Source: Pseudomonadota bacterium (GTDB lineage Bacteria > Pseudomonadota > Gammaproteobacteria > Burkholderiales > Burkholderiaceae_C). Taken from it: a DNA stretch of 64,000 nt. Position 1 is the stretch's first letter, and each line of letters starts with the position of its first letter. Both the position numbers and the translations under genes were made by a program. A model generated the notes under the pieces. The model did no database searches and was not told where the DNA came from. It worked only from the letters and a program-made list of their open reading frames with translations. The stretch covers positions 7,082-71,081 of the forward strand of contig JBEAOO010000002.1 in the NCBI GenBank assembly GCA_041164825.1. The letters are read 5' to 3'. Shown here piece by piece: positions 1-11,536 of this stretch.

Positions 1-105
1 GCAAAGCGGGAGCGTTGCCACCACAGCCTCGCGCCATTGCCGGAGTTATCGGTGGCCGGTGGCTGAACTTAAGCGGCGCATGGGCCGGTGTTGGCGTGTG
101 GTTTG

Positions 106-1347
106 TCACTTCACAGCCACCTTGCCCAGGTCCCAGATCGGCAGGAACACGCCGAGCGCCAGCACCATCACCAGGCCGCCCAAAAACACGATCAAGATCG
201 GCTCGATTTGCGACGAGAGCGTGCGCAGCTCGTACTCCACGTCTTGCTGATAAAACTCGGCCACCTCGGCCAGCATGTCGTCGAGCGAGCCGGCTTCTTC
301 GCCCACGGCGATCATCTGCAGCACCACCGGCGTGAAGATGCCGCTGGCCGCGGCGGTGCGCAGCACGCTGTCGCCGCGCTCCACGCCCTCGCGCATTTTT
401 TCGATGGCGCGCGCCACAAAGCTGTTTTCCACCGTGCTGGCCACCACCGTCATGGCCTGCACCACCGGCACGCCGCTTTTCAGCGCCAGCGCAAAGCTGC
501 GCGCAAAACGCGCCAGCGTGGCCTTGCGCAAGATCTTGCCGGCGATGGGCAGGCGCAGCTTGCTGCGGTCCCAGAGGTAGCGGCCCTCCGACGTGGCCAA
601 CCAGGCGCGTACGCCCAGCCAGGCCAGCACACCGGCCACCGCGAGGTAAGGCCACATCGTCACGGTGAACTTCGAGAAGCCGACCAAGATGCGCGTCATC
701 AGCGGCAGCTGCGTGCCAAAGCCGTCAAACACTTTCTGGAAGGCCGGGATCACGAACACGTTCACCACCGCGATCGCCACCAGCATCACGATCACCACGA
801 AGCTCGGGTAACGCAGCGCGCTGCGCACTTGCTCGCGCATCAGCTTCTCGAACGAGAGGTGGTGGAAGAGGCGAATGAACACCTCGTCGAGCCGCCCGGT
901 GAGCTCGCCCACGCGCACCATGGCGATGTAGAAATTGGAGAACACGCCGCCCTGGCGCGCCAGCGAGGTGCCGAGCTCGTGCCCGCTTTCCAGGCTCTCG
1001 CGTGTGCCTTGAATCACCGCCGCCATCGCCGGCTCGGCCGACTCTTGCAGGCCCGAGAGCGCGCGTGTGAGCGGAATGCCGGCCTTGAGCAGCGAATAGA
1101 GCTGGCGGCTGAACAGCAGCAGGTCGTCGTGCACCACCTTTGGCTTGGGGCCGATGCGCATGTTCATCGACCAAGGGGCTGTGGCGCCCGCACCGGTGTT
1201 GGCGCTGGCCGAGGCGGCCTTGATGTCGATCGGGGTGAGGCCGGTGGCCAGCAGCTGGTCGGCCACGGCCGAGGCGGTGGCGCCATCGGCCAGGCCTTGC
1301 ACCAGGTGGCCGCCGCCGTTGCGGGCGCTGTAGCTGAAGGCGGGCAT
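106..1347 (-). CDS. Type II secretion / type IV pilus inner-membrane platform protein (GspF/PilC/MshG family)
   Basis: 413-aa ORF with two internally similar T2SSF-type halves, each followed by hydrophobic helices (e.g. YPSFVVIVMLVAIAVVNVFVIP, EPILIVFLGGLVMVLALGVFLPIW). ATG at 1345-1347 directly abuts the TAA stop (1348-1350) of the upstream secretion ATPase. Confidence 0.85.
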   Translation of the reverse strand: MPAFSYSARNGGGHLVQGLADGATASAVADQLLATGLTPIDIKAASASANTGAGATAPWSMNMRIGPKPKVVHDDLLLFSRQLYSLLKAGIPLTRALSGLQESAEPAMAAVIQGTRESLESGHELGTSLARQGGVFSNFYIAMVRVGELTGRLDEVFIRLFHHLSFEKLMREQVRSALRYPSFVVIVMLVAIAVVNVFVIPAFQKVFDGFGTQLPLMTRILVGFSKFTVTMWPYLAVAGVLAWLGVRAWLATSEGRYLWDRSKLRLPIAGKILRKATLARFARSFALALKSGVPVVQAMTVVASTVENSFVARAIEKMREGVERGDSVLRTAAASGIFTPVVLQMIAVGEEAGSLDDMLAEVAEFYQQDVEYELRTLSSQIEPILIVFLGGLVMVLALGVFLPIWDLGKVAVK

Positions 1348-3063
1348 TTAGGCGTCCAGCTGCGCGGCCAGGCGCATGGCTTCGTCGAGCGTGGTGCGGC
1401 CCTCGCGCGCCAGCTGCAACGCGTGCTGCAGCAAGGTGTGGCCGGCAATCTGCGCCCGCGCCAGCTTGGCAAAGGCCACCGGGTCACCGGCGGTCACGGC
1501 CTGCACCAGGCTGTGCGTCATCTCCAACATTTCGTAGATGGCCGTGCGGCCGACGTGGCCGGTGCCGTTGCAGCGCGAGCAGCCCAGGCCACGCGACCAG
1601 CGGGTGGCCGCCTGCGCGTCGGGGTTGGTGGCTGGTTGGTGATCCAGCCAGACCTGCTCTTGGGCGGTGGGCGTGTGGGGGGCGGTGCAGTCGTCGCAAA
1701 TCAGCCGCACCAGGCGCTGTGCGATCACGAGGTTGAGCGACATCGCCACCATGTAAGGCGGCACGCCCATGTCGAGCAGGCGGATGGGGGTGCTGGCCGC
1801 GTCGTTGGTGTGCAGGGTGCTGAGCACCAGGTGGCCGGTCATGGCCGCGCGCAGGCCGATCTCGGCGGTGATCTGGTCGCGCATTTCGCCCACCAGAATG
1901 ATGTCGGGGTCTTGCCGCAGGGCCGAGCGCAGCACGCGCTCAAAGCCGAGCTCAATCTTGTCGTGCACCTGCACCTGCGTGATGCCGGGCAGGCGGTATT
2001 CCACCGGGTCTTCGACGGTGATGATCTTGCGGTCGGGCGTGTTGATCTCGGCCAACGAGGCGTAGAGCGCGGTGGTTTTGCCGCTGCCGGTGGGGCCGGT
2101 GACCAAGATCATGCCGCTGGAGCGGGCCAGGGCCGCGCGCACTTGGGCCAGCATGCGCGGCGGCATGCCCAAGCGGTCGAGCTGCAGCAGGCCGGTGTTC
2201 TGGTTGAGCAAGCGCATCACCACGCACTCGCCATACTGCGTGGGCATGGTGGAGATGCGCACGTCGAGCGCGCTGCCGCGGATGTCGACGTGGAAGCGGC
2301 CGTCTTGCGGCAAGCGTTTCTCCGAAATATCCAGGCCCGACATCAGCTTGAGCCGCAGCACCAGGGCCGAGGCAATTTTGGAGTCGGCCTCGGTTTGCAG
2401 GTGCAGCGTGCCGTCGATGCGAAAGCGCACATGCAGATTGTGTTCTTGCGGCTCGATGTGGATGTCCGATGCGCGCACCTGCGCGGCATCTTCGAACAGC
2501 GTCTGCAGCAGCTTGACGACCGGCGCGTCCTTGACCGCCGATTCGGTGCCCATGAAGTTGCCGAAGTCGACCTCGGTTTGCGCCAGCTCGGCGGTGAGCT
2601 CTTGCGAGAGCTGGGTGATCTCGCCGGTGCGGCGGTACACGCGGTCAATCGTGGCGAGCAGCTGCGTTTCGGTGATCACCGCCAAGGTGATGTCGCGCCG
2701 CAAAATGCGGCTGAGCTCGTCGTAGGCAAACAAGTCGCTCGGGTCGGCCATGCCCACACGCAGCAGGCCGTTTTGCTCGTCGAGCACCAGCGCGCGAAAG
2801 CGCCGCGCTTGGGCCTCGGGCAGCAGCGGCGTGAGCGCCGCGTTGAGCGTGAACGACTTGAGGTTGATGAAGGCGATTTGCATCTGCCGCGCCAGGGCGC
2901 CGCTGATTTGCTCTTCGCTCACAAAGCCGCTGTCCACCAAAATGCGACCGAGCTTGCGGCCGCTGCTGCGCTGCTGCGCAAGCGAGGCGTCGAGTTGCTC
3001 TTGGCTGATCAGCGCCTGCTGAACCAGCAGGTCACCCAAGCGAATTTTTTGTGGAGGCGGCAC
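1348..3063 (-). CDS. GspE/PilB-family secretion ATPase with N-terminal MshEN-type domain (MshE-like)
   Basis: 571-aa ORF (GTG start). Walker A GPTGSGKTT, Walker B/Asp box region DIILVGEMRD, His box LVLSTLHTND, C-terminal tetracysteine CDDC...CSRCNGTG. The N-terminus carries two 24-residue RLGxxLVxxGLIxxxxLxxxLxxQ-like motifs. Confidence 0.9.
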   Translation of the reverse strand: MPPPQKIRLGDLLVQQALISQEQLDASLAQQRSSGRKLGRILVDSGFVSEEQISGALARQMQIAFINLKSFTLNAALTPLLPEAQARRFRALVLDEQNGLLRVGMADPSDLFAYDELSRILRRDITLAVITETQLLATIDRVYRRTGEITQLSQELTAELAQTEVDFGNFMGTESAVKDAPVVKLLQTLFEDAAQVRASDIHIEPQEHNLHVRFRIDGTLHLQTEADSKIASALVLRLKLMSGLDISEKRLPQDGRFHVDIRGSALDVRISTMPTQYGECVVMRLLNQNTGLLQLDRLGMPPRMLAQVRAALARSSGMILVTGPTGSGKTTALYASLAEINTPDRKIITVEDPVEYRLPGITQVQVHDKIELGFERVLRSALRQDPDIILVGEMRDQITAEIGLRAAMTGHLVLSTLHTNDAASTPIRLLDMGVPPYMVAMSLNLVIAQRLVRLICDDCTAPHTPTAQEQVWLDHQPATNPDAQAATRWSRGLGCSRCNGTGHVGRTAIYEMLEMTHSLVQAVTAGDPVAFAKLARAQIAGHTLLQHALQLAREGRTTLDEAMRLAAQLDA

Positions 3064-3196
3064 GTGGACCTGGCCTGGACGCAGTGGCAGATGCCTGCAT
3101 TCTGGGCAAGGGTGCGCGGCCTTGATGGCCGGAGTAGCAGGCGAAAAGCGGCCAGTTCTTAGTGGCCTGCTGGCAGCGTTTCTGGTGGGATTTTGC

Positions 3197-4036
3197 TCAA
3201 AGCGCCCAGATGCGCGGCGCGCAAGGCGCCAGGCCCCAGGCCTCTTGGCGCCACACCGCCCACACGCTTTTCAGCAGCGCCATGGCGTGCTCCACGCGTG
3301 GCGCCAACACGCGCAGCACGATCACCCGCGGGTGCACGGCGGTGAGGCCGGCGGTGGCGCTCAGGCTGTGGGCTTGGGCCAGTTCGCGGCCGGCGTCGAG
3401 CAGGGCGTCGCGGCGGGCGGTGGGCAGCGGTGTGCCGCTGGCCAACCACAGTGTGGCGAGCAAGCGGTGACCGGCCCAACCCACGGGCGAGTCGAGCAGG
3501 TGCTGGTCGCTGCCGTCAATCACCGCGCGCTCCAGCCACACGCCGGGCAGCTCGATTTGTTGGCTGTAGCGGCCGTGGTCAAAGGCTTCGCCGCTGGCGG
3601 GCAGGCCGAGTGCCAGCAGGTCCCAGCCGATCATCTCGGCGGTGGGCGCCAGCTCAAAGCGCATGTGGTTGTGGGCCAGCGCACCGCGGTGCACGATGGT
3701 CTCCAGCGGCAGCCATTCGAGGCGGGCGCCGTCGTCGATGCGTGCGGTGAGGCTCTGCTCGGCCAGCTCACCGGCGGTGCGGTAGAAGCGTGTGGCGCCG
3801 GGGGTGGTGATGAGCGCGTGGCTGCCCGCGGCCAGGTGCGCATCGATGCACAAGGTGTCGCCCCCCACCACGCCGCCGGGCGGGTGCACCAGCACGTTGT
3901 GGCACACGGTGGGCGCCTCGGGGTAGAGGCTTTGCAGCACCCGCAACGGGCCGCTGTGCCGGTCGTGCAGCACGGTGCGCGCGTGCGGGTCGTGGTGCTG
4001 CGTGTAGTTGAGTGCCAAGTGGCCGGGCCAACCCAT
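3197..4036 (-). CDS. ureD: Urease accessory protein UreD
   Basis: 279-aa ORF collinear with UreD/UreH: HPPGGVVGGD, LITTPGATRFYR, LEWLPLETI, C-terminal PRIWAL. No other ure genes in the window. Confidence 0.85.
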   Translation of the reverse strand: MGWPGHLALNYTQHHDPHARTVLHDRHSGPLRVLQSLYPEAPTVCHNVLVHPPGGVVGGDTLCIDAHLAAGSHALITTPGATRFYRTAGELAEQSLTARIDDGARLEWLPLETIVHRGALAHNHMRFELAPTAEMIGWDLLALGLPASGEAFDHGRYSQQIELPGVWLERAVIDGSDQHLLDSPVGWAGHRLLATLWLASGTPLPTARRDALLDAGRELAQAHSLSATAGLTAVHPRVIVLRVLAPRVEHAMALLKSVWAVWRQEAWGLAPCAPRIWAL

Positions 4037-4163
4037 GGTGTGCGTGTGCCTTGTTGTGTTGCTGGTTGCTTGTTGACGTGAGTATCGATGGGCTGGCCGC
4101 CGTAGAGCGGCATCGCGGATGGGGCTGGGCAGCGGGGGCTCATGCTGGGGCGGTCTGCGCGTT

Positions 4164-4298
4164 GCGCAGACTGCCTGGGCCCACGGGCGGGGCAGGCGGC
4201 GTCGCGAAACTCGCTGCGCGGGCTGTGCCCGCTGCGCTCAAACAGTCGCGACGAGTCAGTTGTTGATGCGCGCTGCGCGCGCCCGTGGGCCCAGCGCC
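4164..4298. repeat. Left arm of an imperfect ~135-bp inverted repeat pair (REP/MITE-like)
   Basis: Reverse complement of 4451-4586 aligns by eye along the whole arm. There is a perfect 29-bp core agtcagttgttgatgcgcgctgcgcgcgc at 4254-4282. Confidence 0.7.
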
Positions 4299-4450
4299 CC
4301 AGAAATCGCCCCCACCGCCCAGCCCCAGCCGCAATGCGAAGCACCGAGTGTGTCGGCGCCGTGGTGTTGAGTCTTGCAGGCACACCTCGGTGGTGCTTGG
4401 GGCGGGGTGAGGGTGGGCCGGGGGCGGCGCGCCTGGGTGGGGCCGAGAAG

Positions 4451-4586
4451 CGCAGGGTCCGAGGGCCGCGCGCGCAGCGCGCATCAACAACTGACTGGGC
4501 GCGCTTGTTTGAGCGAAGTGAGCGCAGCGAACGAAGCGAGTTGCGCGCCCGGCCCTCGGGCACGAGCATCGCAGGGCAGTCGGCGC
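4451..4586. repeat. Right arm of the inverted repeat pair
   Basis: Perfect 29-bp core gcgcgcgcagcgcgcatcaacaactgact at 4468-4496 is the reverse complement of 4254-4282. Flanks are similar with substitutions and small indels. Confidence 0.7.
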
Positions 4587-4657
4587 AGCCGACCCCCACC
4601 GTGGTGCGCCGCAGCCGGCCCACCCGCGCCCAGACCTCGCTTCACGCTCCCAAACAC

Positions 4658-5425
4658 TCAGCTCGCGTTGCTCCCCCGATGCGCCCAGCCGGTGGTGCGT
4701 TTTTCCACCACCGAAAACAGCTCATACATCGCCATTGCCATCACGCCAATCACCACCAGGCCGGCAAAGGCCAAGCCCATTTGCATGGAGGAGCCGGCAG
4801 AGATCAGCAGGTAGCCGATGCCTTCGTTGGCGGCCGTCATCTCAGACACCGTGGTGCCCACAAAGGCCAGGGTGATGGCGACTTTGAGCGAGGCGTAGAA
4901 GTAGGGCATGGAGCGCGGCAGGCCGACCTTGATCAACACATCCCAGCGTTTGGCCCCGAGCACGCGCAACACGTCTTCCAGCTCGGGCTCCAGCGTGGCC
5001 AAACCGGTGGCGATGTTGACGGTGATGGGGAAGAACGAGATCAAAAAAGCCGTCAGCACCGCGGGCCCCACACCAATGCCAAACCACACCACCAAAATGG
5101 GCACAAACGCCGCCTTGGGCAGCGCGTTGAAGGCAGTCATCAGCGGGTACATGGCGGCATAGGCCAGGCGCGAGCTGCCGACCAAAAAGCCGAGCAAGGT
5201 GCCAAACACAATCGACAAACCAAAGCCCACCATCGTGACCCAAAAGGTGCGCCAGGCGTGCACCGCAATCACTTGGTGAAACTCCACCATCTGCTGTGCG
5301 ATGCGGCTGGGCGTGGGGAACACGAACTCCGACACATTGAAGCCGCGGCACAGCAATTCCCAAATCAGCAGCGTGATCACCAGCAAGAACCACGGTGACC
5401 ATTTTTCTTGTTGGCGGGCGTTCAT
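4658..5425 (-). CDS. ABC transporter permease, NitT/TauT (nitrate/sulfonate/bicarbonate-type) family
   Basis: 255-aa ORF with about 6 hydrophobic segments and a BPD-transporter EAA-like loop (LEDVLRVLGAKRWDVLIKVGLP). 4-nt overlap with the upstream ATPase gene. Confidence 0.85.
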   Translation of the reverse strand: MNARQQEKWSPWFLLVITLLIWELLCRGFNVSEFVFPTPSRIAQQMVEFHQVIAVHAWRTFWVTMVGFGLSIVFGTLLGFLVGSSRLAYAAMYPLMTAFNALPKAAFVPILVVWFGIGVGPAVLTAFLISFFPITVNIATGLATLEPELEDVLRVLGAKRWDVLIKVGLPRSMPYFYASLKVAITLAFVGTTVSEMTAANEGIGYLLISAGSSMQMGLAFAGLVVIGVMAMAMYELFSVVEKRTTGWAHRGSNAS

Positions 5426-6252
5426 TGCGCGATCTCCACGGGGCTCTTCAGGGCGGTCGGTTTGCGGATGGCACCGATGTGTTCACGCAGCTCCAGCACG
5501 CGGTCGGTGAACTCCTTGGTGTAGGTGATCTCCAGGTCGCGCGGGCGGGCAAAGTCGATCTCGCGCTTGGCCAAAATGCGGCCCGGGCTGCGGCTCATCA
5601 CGTACACCGTGTCGGCCAAAAACACCGCTTCACGCAGGTCGTGGGTGACCAAGATGACGTTGAATTTTTGCACCGCCTGCAGGTCGCGCAACGCGCACCA
5701 GAGCTCTTCGCGGGTGAAGGCGTCGAGCGCGCCAAAGGGCTCGTCGAGCAGCAGCATTTTGGGCTCGTGGATGAGCGCGCGGCAGATGCTGGCGCGCTGC
5801 TGCATGCCGCCCGAGAGCTGCCAGGGGAACTTGTCCTCATACCCGCCCAGGCCCACGCTCTGTAGCAGCGTGCGCGCCTTGGCGGCGTACTCGGCGCGCT
5901 TGGCGCGGAACTGCGAGCGGTAGGGCTCCACAATTTCCAGCGGCAGCAGCACGTTGTCGAGCGTGGTGCGCCAGGGCAGCAGCGAGGGCGACTGAAACGC
6001 CATGCCGGTGATTTTGAGCGGCCCATCGACCTCGCGGCCATCGATGACGATGCTGCCGCGCGAGGGGCGCTTGAGGCCCGTGGCCAGCTTCATGAAGGTG
6101 GATTTGCCGCAGCCCGAGGGGCCGACGATGGCAATGAATTCACCGCGCTCCACTTGCAGTGAAATGTCCTCCACCGCGAACTGCTCTTTGGCCAGCAACT
6201 CGTCGTTGTAGGCGAGCCAAACATTGCGAAAGTCGACGAAAGGGGTGTTCAT
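5422..6252 (-). CDS. ABC transporter ATP-binding protein (NitT/TauT family)
   Basis: Walker A GPSGCGKST, signature LSGGMQQR, Walker B LLLDEPF. Start moved to ATG 6250-6252 (MNTPFVDFRNV); the longer ORF N-terminus is Pro/Arg-rich junk. Confidence 0.9.
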   Translation of the reverse strand: MNTPFVDFRNVWLAYNDELLAKEQFAVEDISLQVERGEFIAIVGPSGCGKSTFMKLATGLKRPSRGSIVIDGREVDGPLKITGMAFQSPSLLPWRTTLDNVLLPLEIVEPYRSQFRAKRAEYAAKARTLLQSVGLGGYEDKFPWQLSGGMQQRASICRALIHEPKMLLLDEPFGALDAFTREELWCALRDLQAVQKFNVILVTHDLREAVFLADTVYVMSRSPGRILAKREIDFARPRDLEITYTKEFTDRVLELREHIGAIRKPTALKSPVEIAQ

Positions 6253-6352
6253 GCGGGCTCCTGCGTGCATGGAAAAAAAAGGCATGGCCGCGGTGGGGGC
6301 TGAGAGGGGTGTCAGCCGCCCGCAGCCGGGCCATGCACGCCAGCAGGGCGGT

Positions 6353-7423
6353 TTATTTTTTGGTGGTCTTGGCGAAAATATCGCGCTCGGCGGCCGAGGG
6401 CAGGAAGCTCGCGTTCCACACCGCGGCACCGTTGACGCGCTCCTTGGTGGTGAAGGCGTCGGACACCTGGCTGGCCATCAGCGTCAGGCGCGGGCCCGAC
6501 ACGGCACCGAAGGTGTCGGCCTTGGCGTCGGGGGTGAGCACGGTGGCGTCGAGCGTCATCTTCAGGCGGCGGGTTTCGAGCGCCTCGTTGATGATGCCGT
6601 CGCGCGCCTTGACGGTGGCGATGGCGCCCGCCGGGTCGGCGATCACGTCCTTCATGCCTTTGGTGAAGGCGCGCAGGAAGGCCTTCACAGCCTCCGGGTT
6701 TTTCTTGATGAAGTCCTCGCTGGCGATCACGGCGTTGCCATACAGCTTCACGCCGTAGCTCGGGTAGGGCAACACCACCACGTCGCTCACCGGCACACCG
6801 CGCGCCTCAATGTTGAGCAGCGAGGTGAACGAGAAGCCGGTGATGGCGTCGATGTCGCCGCGCACCAGCATGGTTTCGCGCAGCGTCGGGTCCATGGCGG
6901 TCCAGTTGACGGCGCCCACGTTGTTGGCCTTGGCGAAAATCGGCCAGGCCTTGCGGCCCGCGTCAAACACCGGAGCGCCGAGCTTTTTGCCCGTCAGGTC
7001 CGACGGCTTGGTGATGCCGCTCTTCTTCAGCGCGAGCACCGCGGCCGGTGTGTTGTTGTAGACCATCATCACGGCCACGGGCTTGTTGGGTGCGGTCGGG
7101 TTGTTGGCGTGAAACTCCATCAGCGCGGCCAGGTCGGCAAAGCCCATGTCGTAGGCACCCGAGGCCACACGGGTGACGGTGCCGCCCGAGCCGTTGCCGG
7201 CGTCGACAGTCACATTGAGTTTTTCGGCCTTGTAATAGCCTTTGGTGGCGGGCACCAGAAACAGCGCGGCCGGGCCTTCAAAGCGCCAGTCGAGCTGGAA
7301 CTTGATGGGGGTCTCTTGCGCTTGGGCGACGCTGGGCAGGGCGGCCAGCAAGCTGGCACTGGCGGCCACGGCCAAGGCAAGGCGGCGGGACGGCGAGGTG
7401 AGGGCGGCGGCAGCAGGGCGCAT
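6353..7423 (-). CDS. ABC transporter periplasmic substrate-binding protein (NitT/TauT / NMT1-like)
   Basis: Start chosen at ATG 7421-7423, giving the signal peptide MRPAAAALTSPSRRLALAVAASASLLAALPSVAQAQ. The mature part has an SsuA/NMT1-like pattern. Same strand and operon position as the ATPase and permease. Confidence 0.8.
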   Translation of the reverse strand: MRPAAAALTSPSRRLALAVAASASLLAALPSVAQAQETPIKFQLDWRFEGPAALFLVPATKGYYKAEKLNVTVDAGNGSGGTVTRVASGAYDMGFADLAALMEFHANNPTAPNKPVAVMMVYNNTPAAVLALKKSGITKPSDLTGKKLGAPVFDAGRKAWPIFAKANNVGAVNWTAMDPTLRETMLVRGDIDAITGFSFTSLLNIEARGVPVSDVVVLPYPSYGVKLYGNAVIASEDFIKKNPEAVKAFLRAFTKGMKDVIADPAGAIATVKARDGIINEALETRRLKMTLDATVLTPDAKADTFGAVSGPRLTLMASQVSDAFTTKERVNGAAVWNASFLPSAAERDIFAKTTKK

Positions 7424-7836
7424 GGGAACACAACTCCAAAGGGGACGGATGGGTGGCCGCGTCGGCCGGCGTGGCTTGGCGGTGATCTGTTGGCTTCCGC
7501 AAGTTCCATGCGCGCACGCTGCGAGGCGGCGCCGCCCACATGTGGTGCATTTGCACCAAGGCGACACAGAAGTGCGCCCAGTGGTGACTGGCGCGCCCTT
7601 TCGCAGTGCGGGACCCCACCTTTCAGGGGATTGACGACGCGGGGCGTGATACAACCTTGGCGCCGACGTTCCCTCTGCCGCGCAGGCGCTTGGTGTGCCT
7701 TGTTGATCGCCCCTGTGGGGCTGCGGGCAACGTGGCGCCTGTCGCGCCGCCGTTGGGGGGGGCGGCGCGTCTTTCGCCGCCCTCGAAAAGCGCCCAACCT
7801 CCTCGCCCCGCCCACCCGCACTTCAGAAAGACCGCC

Positions 7837-8970
7837 ATGGCTCTCGGCTCACGCATCGGCATCTGGCGCTGGCTGCTCGCGGTCGTTTCGATCGGGGCGG
7901 CAGCTGGCCAGGCGCTGGCCCAGGGCGCCACGGCGGCGCCTTCGGTGCCGTCGGTGGCGCCAACGGCAGCTGCGGCAGCTGCCAGCAAAAGCCCCTCGCA
8001 GCGCTTGCGGGTGGTGGGGGGCTTGGCCGGGGTCAACCAGTATGTGCGCCACGAAGCGCCATTCTGGAAGAACGAACTGCCGCGCCTCACCGGCGGCCGG
8101 CTCAGTGCCGACATCGTGCCGTTTGACCAAGCCGGCATCCGCGGCCAAGAGATGCTGCGCTTGATCCAGCTCGGCGTGGTGCCCTTTGGCACCGTGCTGC
8201 TGAGCCAGGCCTCGACCCAGGAGCCTTTGCTGGCCGCGCCCGATTTGCCCGGCCTGAACCCCGACATGACCAGCCTGCGCCGCAACGTCGCGGCCTTCCG
8301 CCCGGTGATGGAGTCGGTGCTGCGCCAGCGCTACGGCATTGAGCTGTTGGCGGTGTATGCCTACCCGGCGCAAACCGTTTTTTGCGCCAAACCCATCGCC
8401 AGCCTGGCCGATTTGGCGGGCCGCCGTGTGCGCACCGCAGGCGCCGCACAGGCCGATTTTGTCGATGCCTTGGGGGGGCGGCCGGTGCAGGCAGCGTTTG
8501 CCGACCTGGTGCCGCAATTTCGCAGCGGCAACCTCGATTGCGCGATCACCGGCACCATGTCGGCCAACAGCCTGGGCCTGCACGAGCTCACCAGCCACGT
8601 GCACAGCATGGCCATTGGCTGGGGCTTGTCGGTGTTTGTGGCCAACGCCAATGCCTGGAACGCGCTGGAGCCGGGTTGGCGCGCCACCCTGCGCCCACAG
8701 CTGGGCAAGCTCGAAGCCGATATTTGGGCCGAGTCCGAGCGCGAAACCGGCGAGGGTCTGGCCTGCAACACTGGCAACGCCGCCTGTGTACAAGGCCGCA
8801 AGGGGGCGATGACCGAGGTCAAGCCCACGCCGGCCGACGAGCGGCGCCGCGCCGACGTGTTCACCGACGTGGTGCTGCAGCGCTGGGTGCAGCGCTGCGG
8901 GGCCGCTTGCGTGCCCTTGTGGAACCAGACGCTGGGCGCCTCCACCGGCGTGCAGGCGCGCACGCGCTGA
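7837..8970 (+). CDS. Periplasmic solute-binding protein, TRAP DctP-like family (no cognate DctQM nearby)
   Basis: ATG 7837 gives the signal peptide MALGSRIGIWRWLLAVVSIGAAAGQALAQG. DctP-like pattern (…IASLADLAGRRVRTAGAAQADFVDALGGRPVQAAFADLVPQFRSGNLDCAI…). Family call made by eye only. Confidence 0.6.
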   Translation: MALGSRIGIWRWLLAVVSIGAAAGQALAQGATAAPSVPSVAPTAAAAAASKSPSQRLRVVGGLAGVNQYVRHEAPFWKNELPRLTGGRLSADIVPFDQAGIRGQEMLRLIQLGVVPFGTVLLSQASTQEPLLAAPDLPGLNPDMTSLRRNVAAFRPVMESVLRQRYGIELLAVYAYPAQTVFCAKPIASLADLAGRRVRTAGAAQADFVDALGGRPVQAAFADLVPQFRSGNLDCAITGTMSANSLGLHELTSHVHSMAIGWGLSVFVANANAWNALEPGWRATLRPQLGKLEADIWAESERETGEGLACNTGNAACVQGRKGAMTEVKPTPADERRRADVFTDVVLQRWVQRCGAACVPLWNQTLGASTGVQARTR

Positions 8971-8977
8971 GTTGGCG

Positions 8978-11509
<2,532 letters not shown>

Positions 11510-11536
11510 GCGCCTTTGGCCAACCTGACCGCGTCC

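Noticed and set aside
1-105. Start of a further pilus gene on the minus strand (ATG at 35-37, MARGCGGNAPAL…)
   Set aside because: Only 12 codons are inside the window, with no RBS and no prepilin-like motif visible. It cannot be supported.
3085-3099. Sigma-54-like tggcagatgcctgca near the mshE start
   Set aside because: It is on the plus strand while both flanking genes are on the minus strand, and the GG-GC spacing is one nt shorter than the -24/-12 consensus.
88-3162. 1024-aa ORF on the plus strand
   Set aside because: It is antisense to two well-supported genes (GspF-like, MshE-like). Composition is His/Arg/Ala/Gly-rich low complexity with no motifs. This is a typical stop-free antisense frame of G+C-rich DNA.
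3631-5398. 330-aa (minus strand) and 418-aa (plus strand) ORFs across the ureD-permease gap
   Set aside because: They run through the inverted repeat arms (hence the mirrored peptide RASTTD..RLFERS) and overlap the ureD or permease genes out of frame. Not coding.
7424-7836. Riboswitch (e.g. TPP, since NitT/TauT-like ThiY transporters are often TPP-regulated) in the leader of the ABC operon
   Set aside because: I could not find the conserved CUGAGA / ACCUGAUCUGGAUAAUGCCAGCG cores on either strand. No support from sequence.
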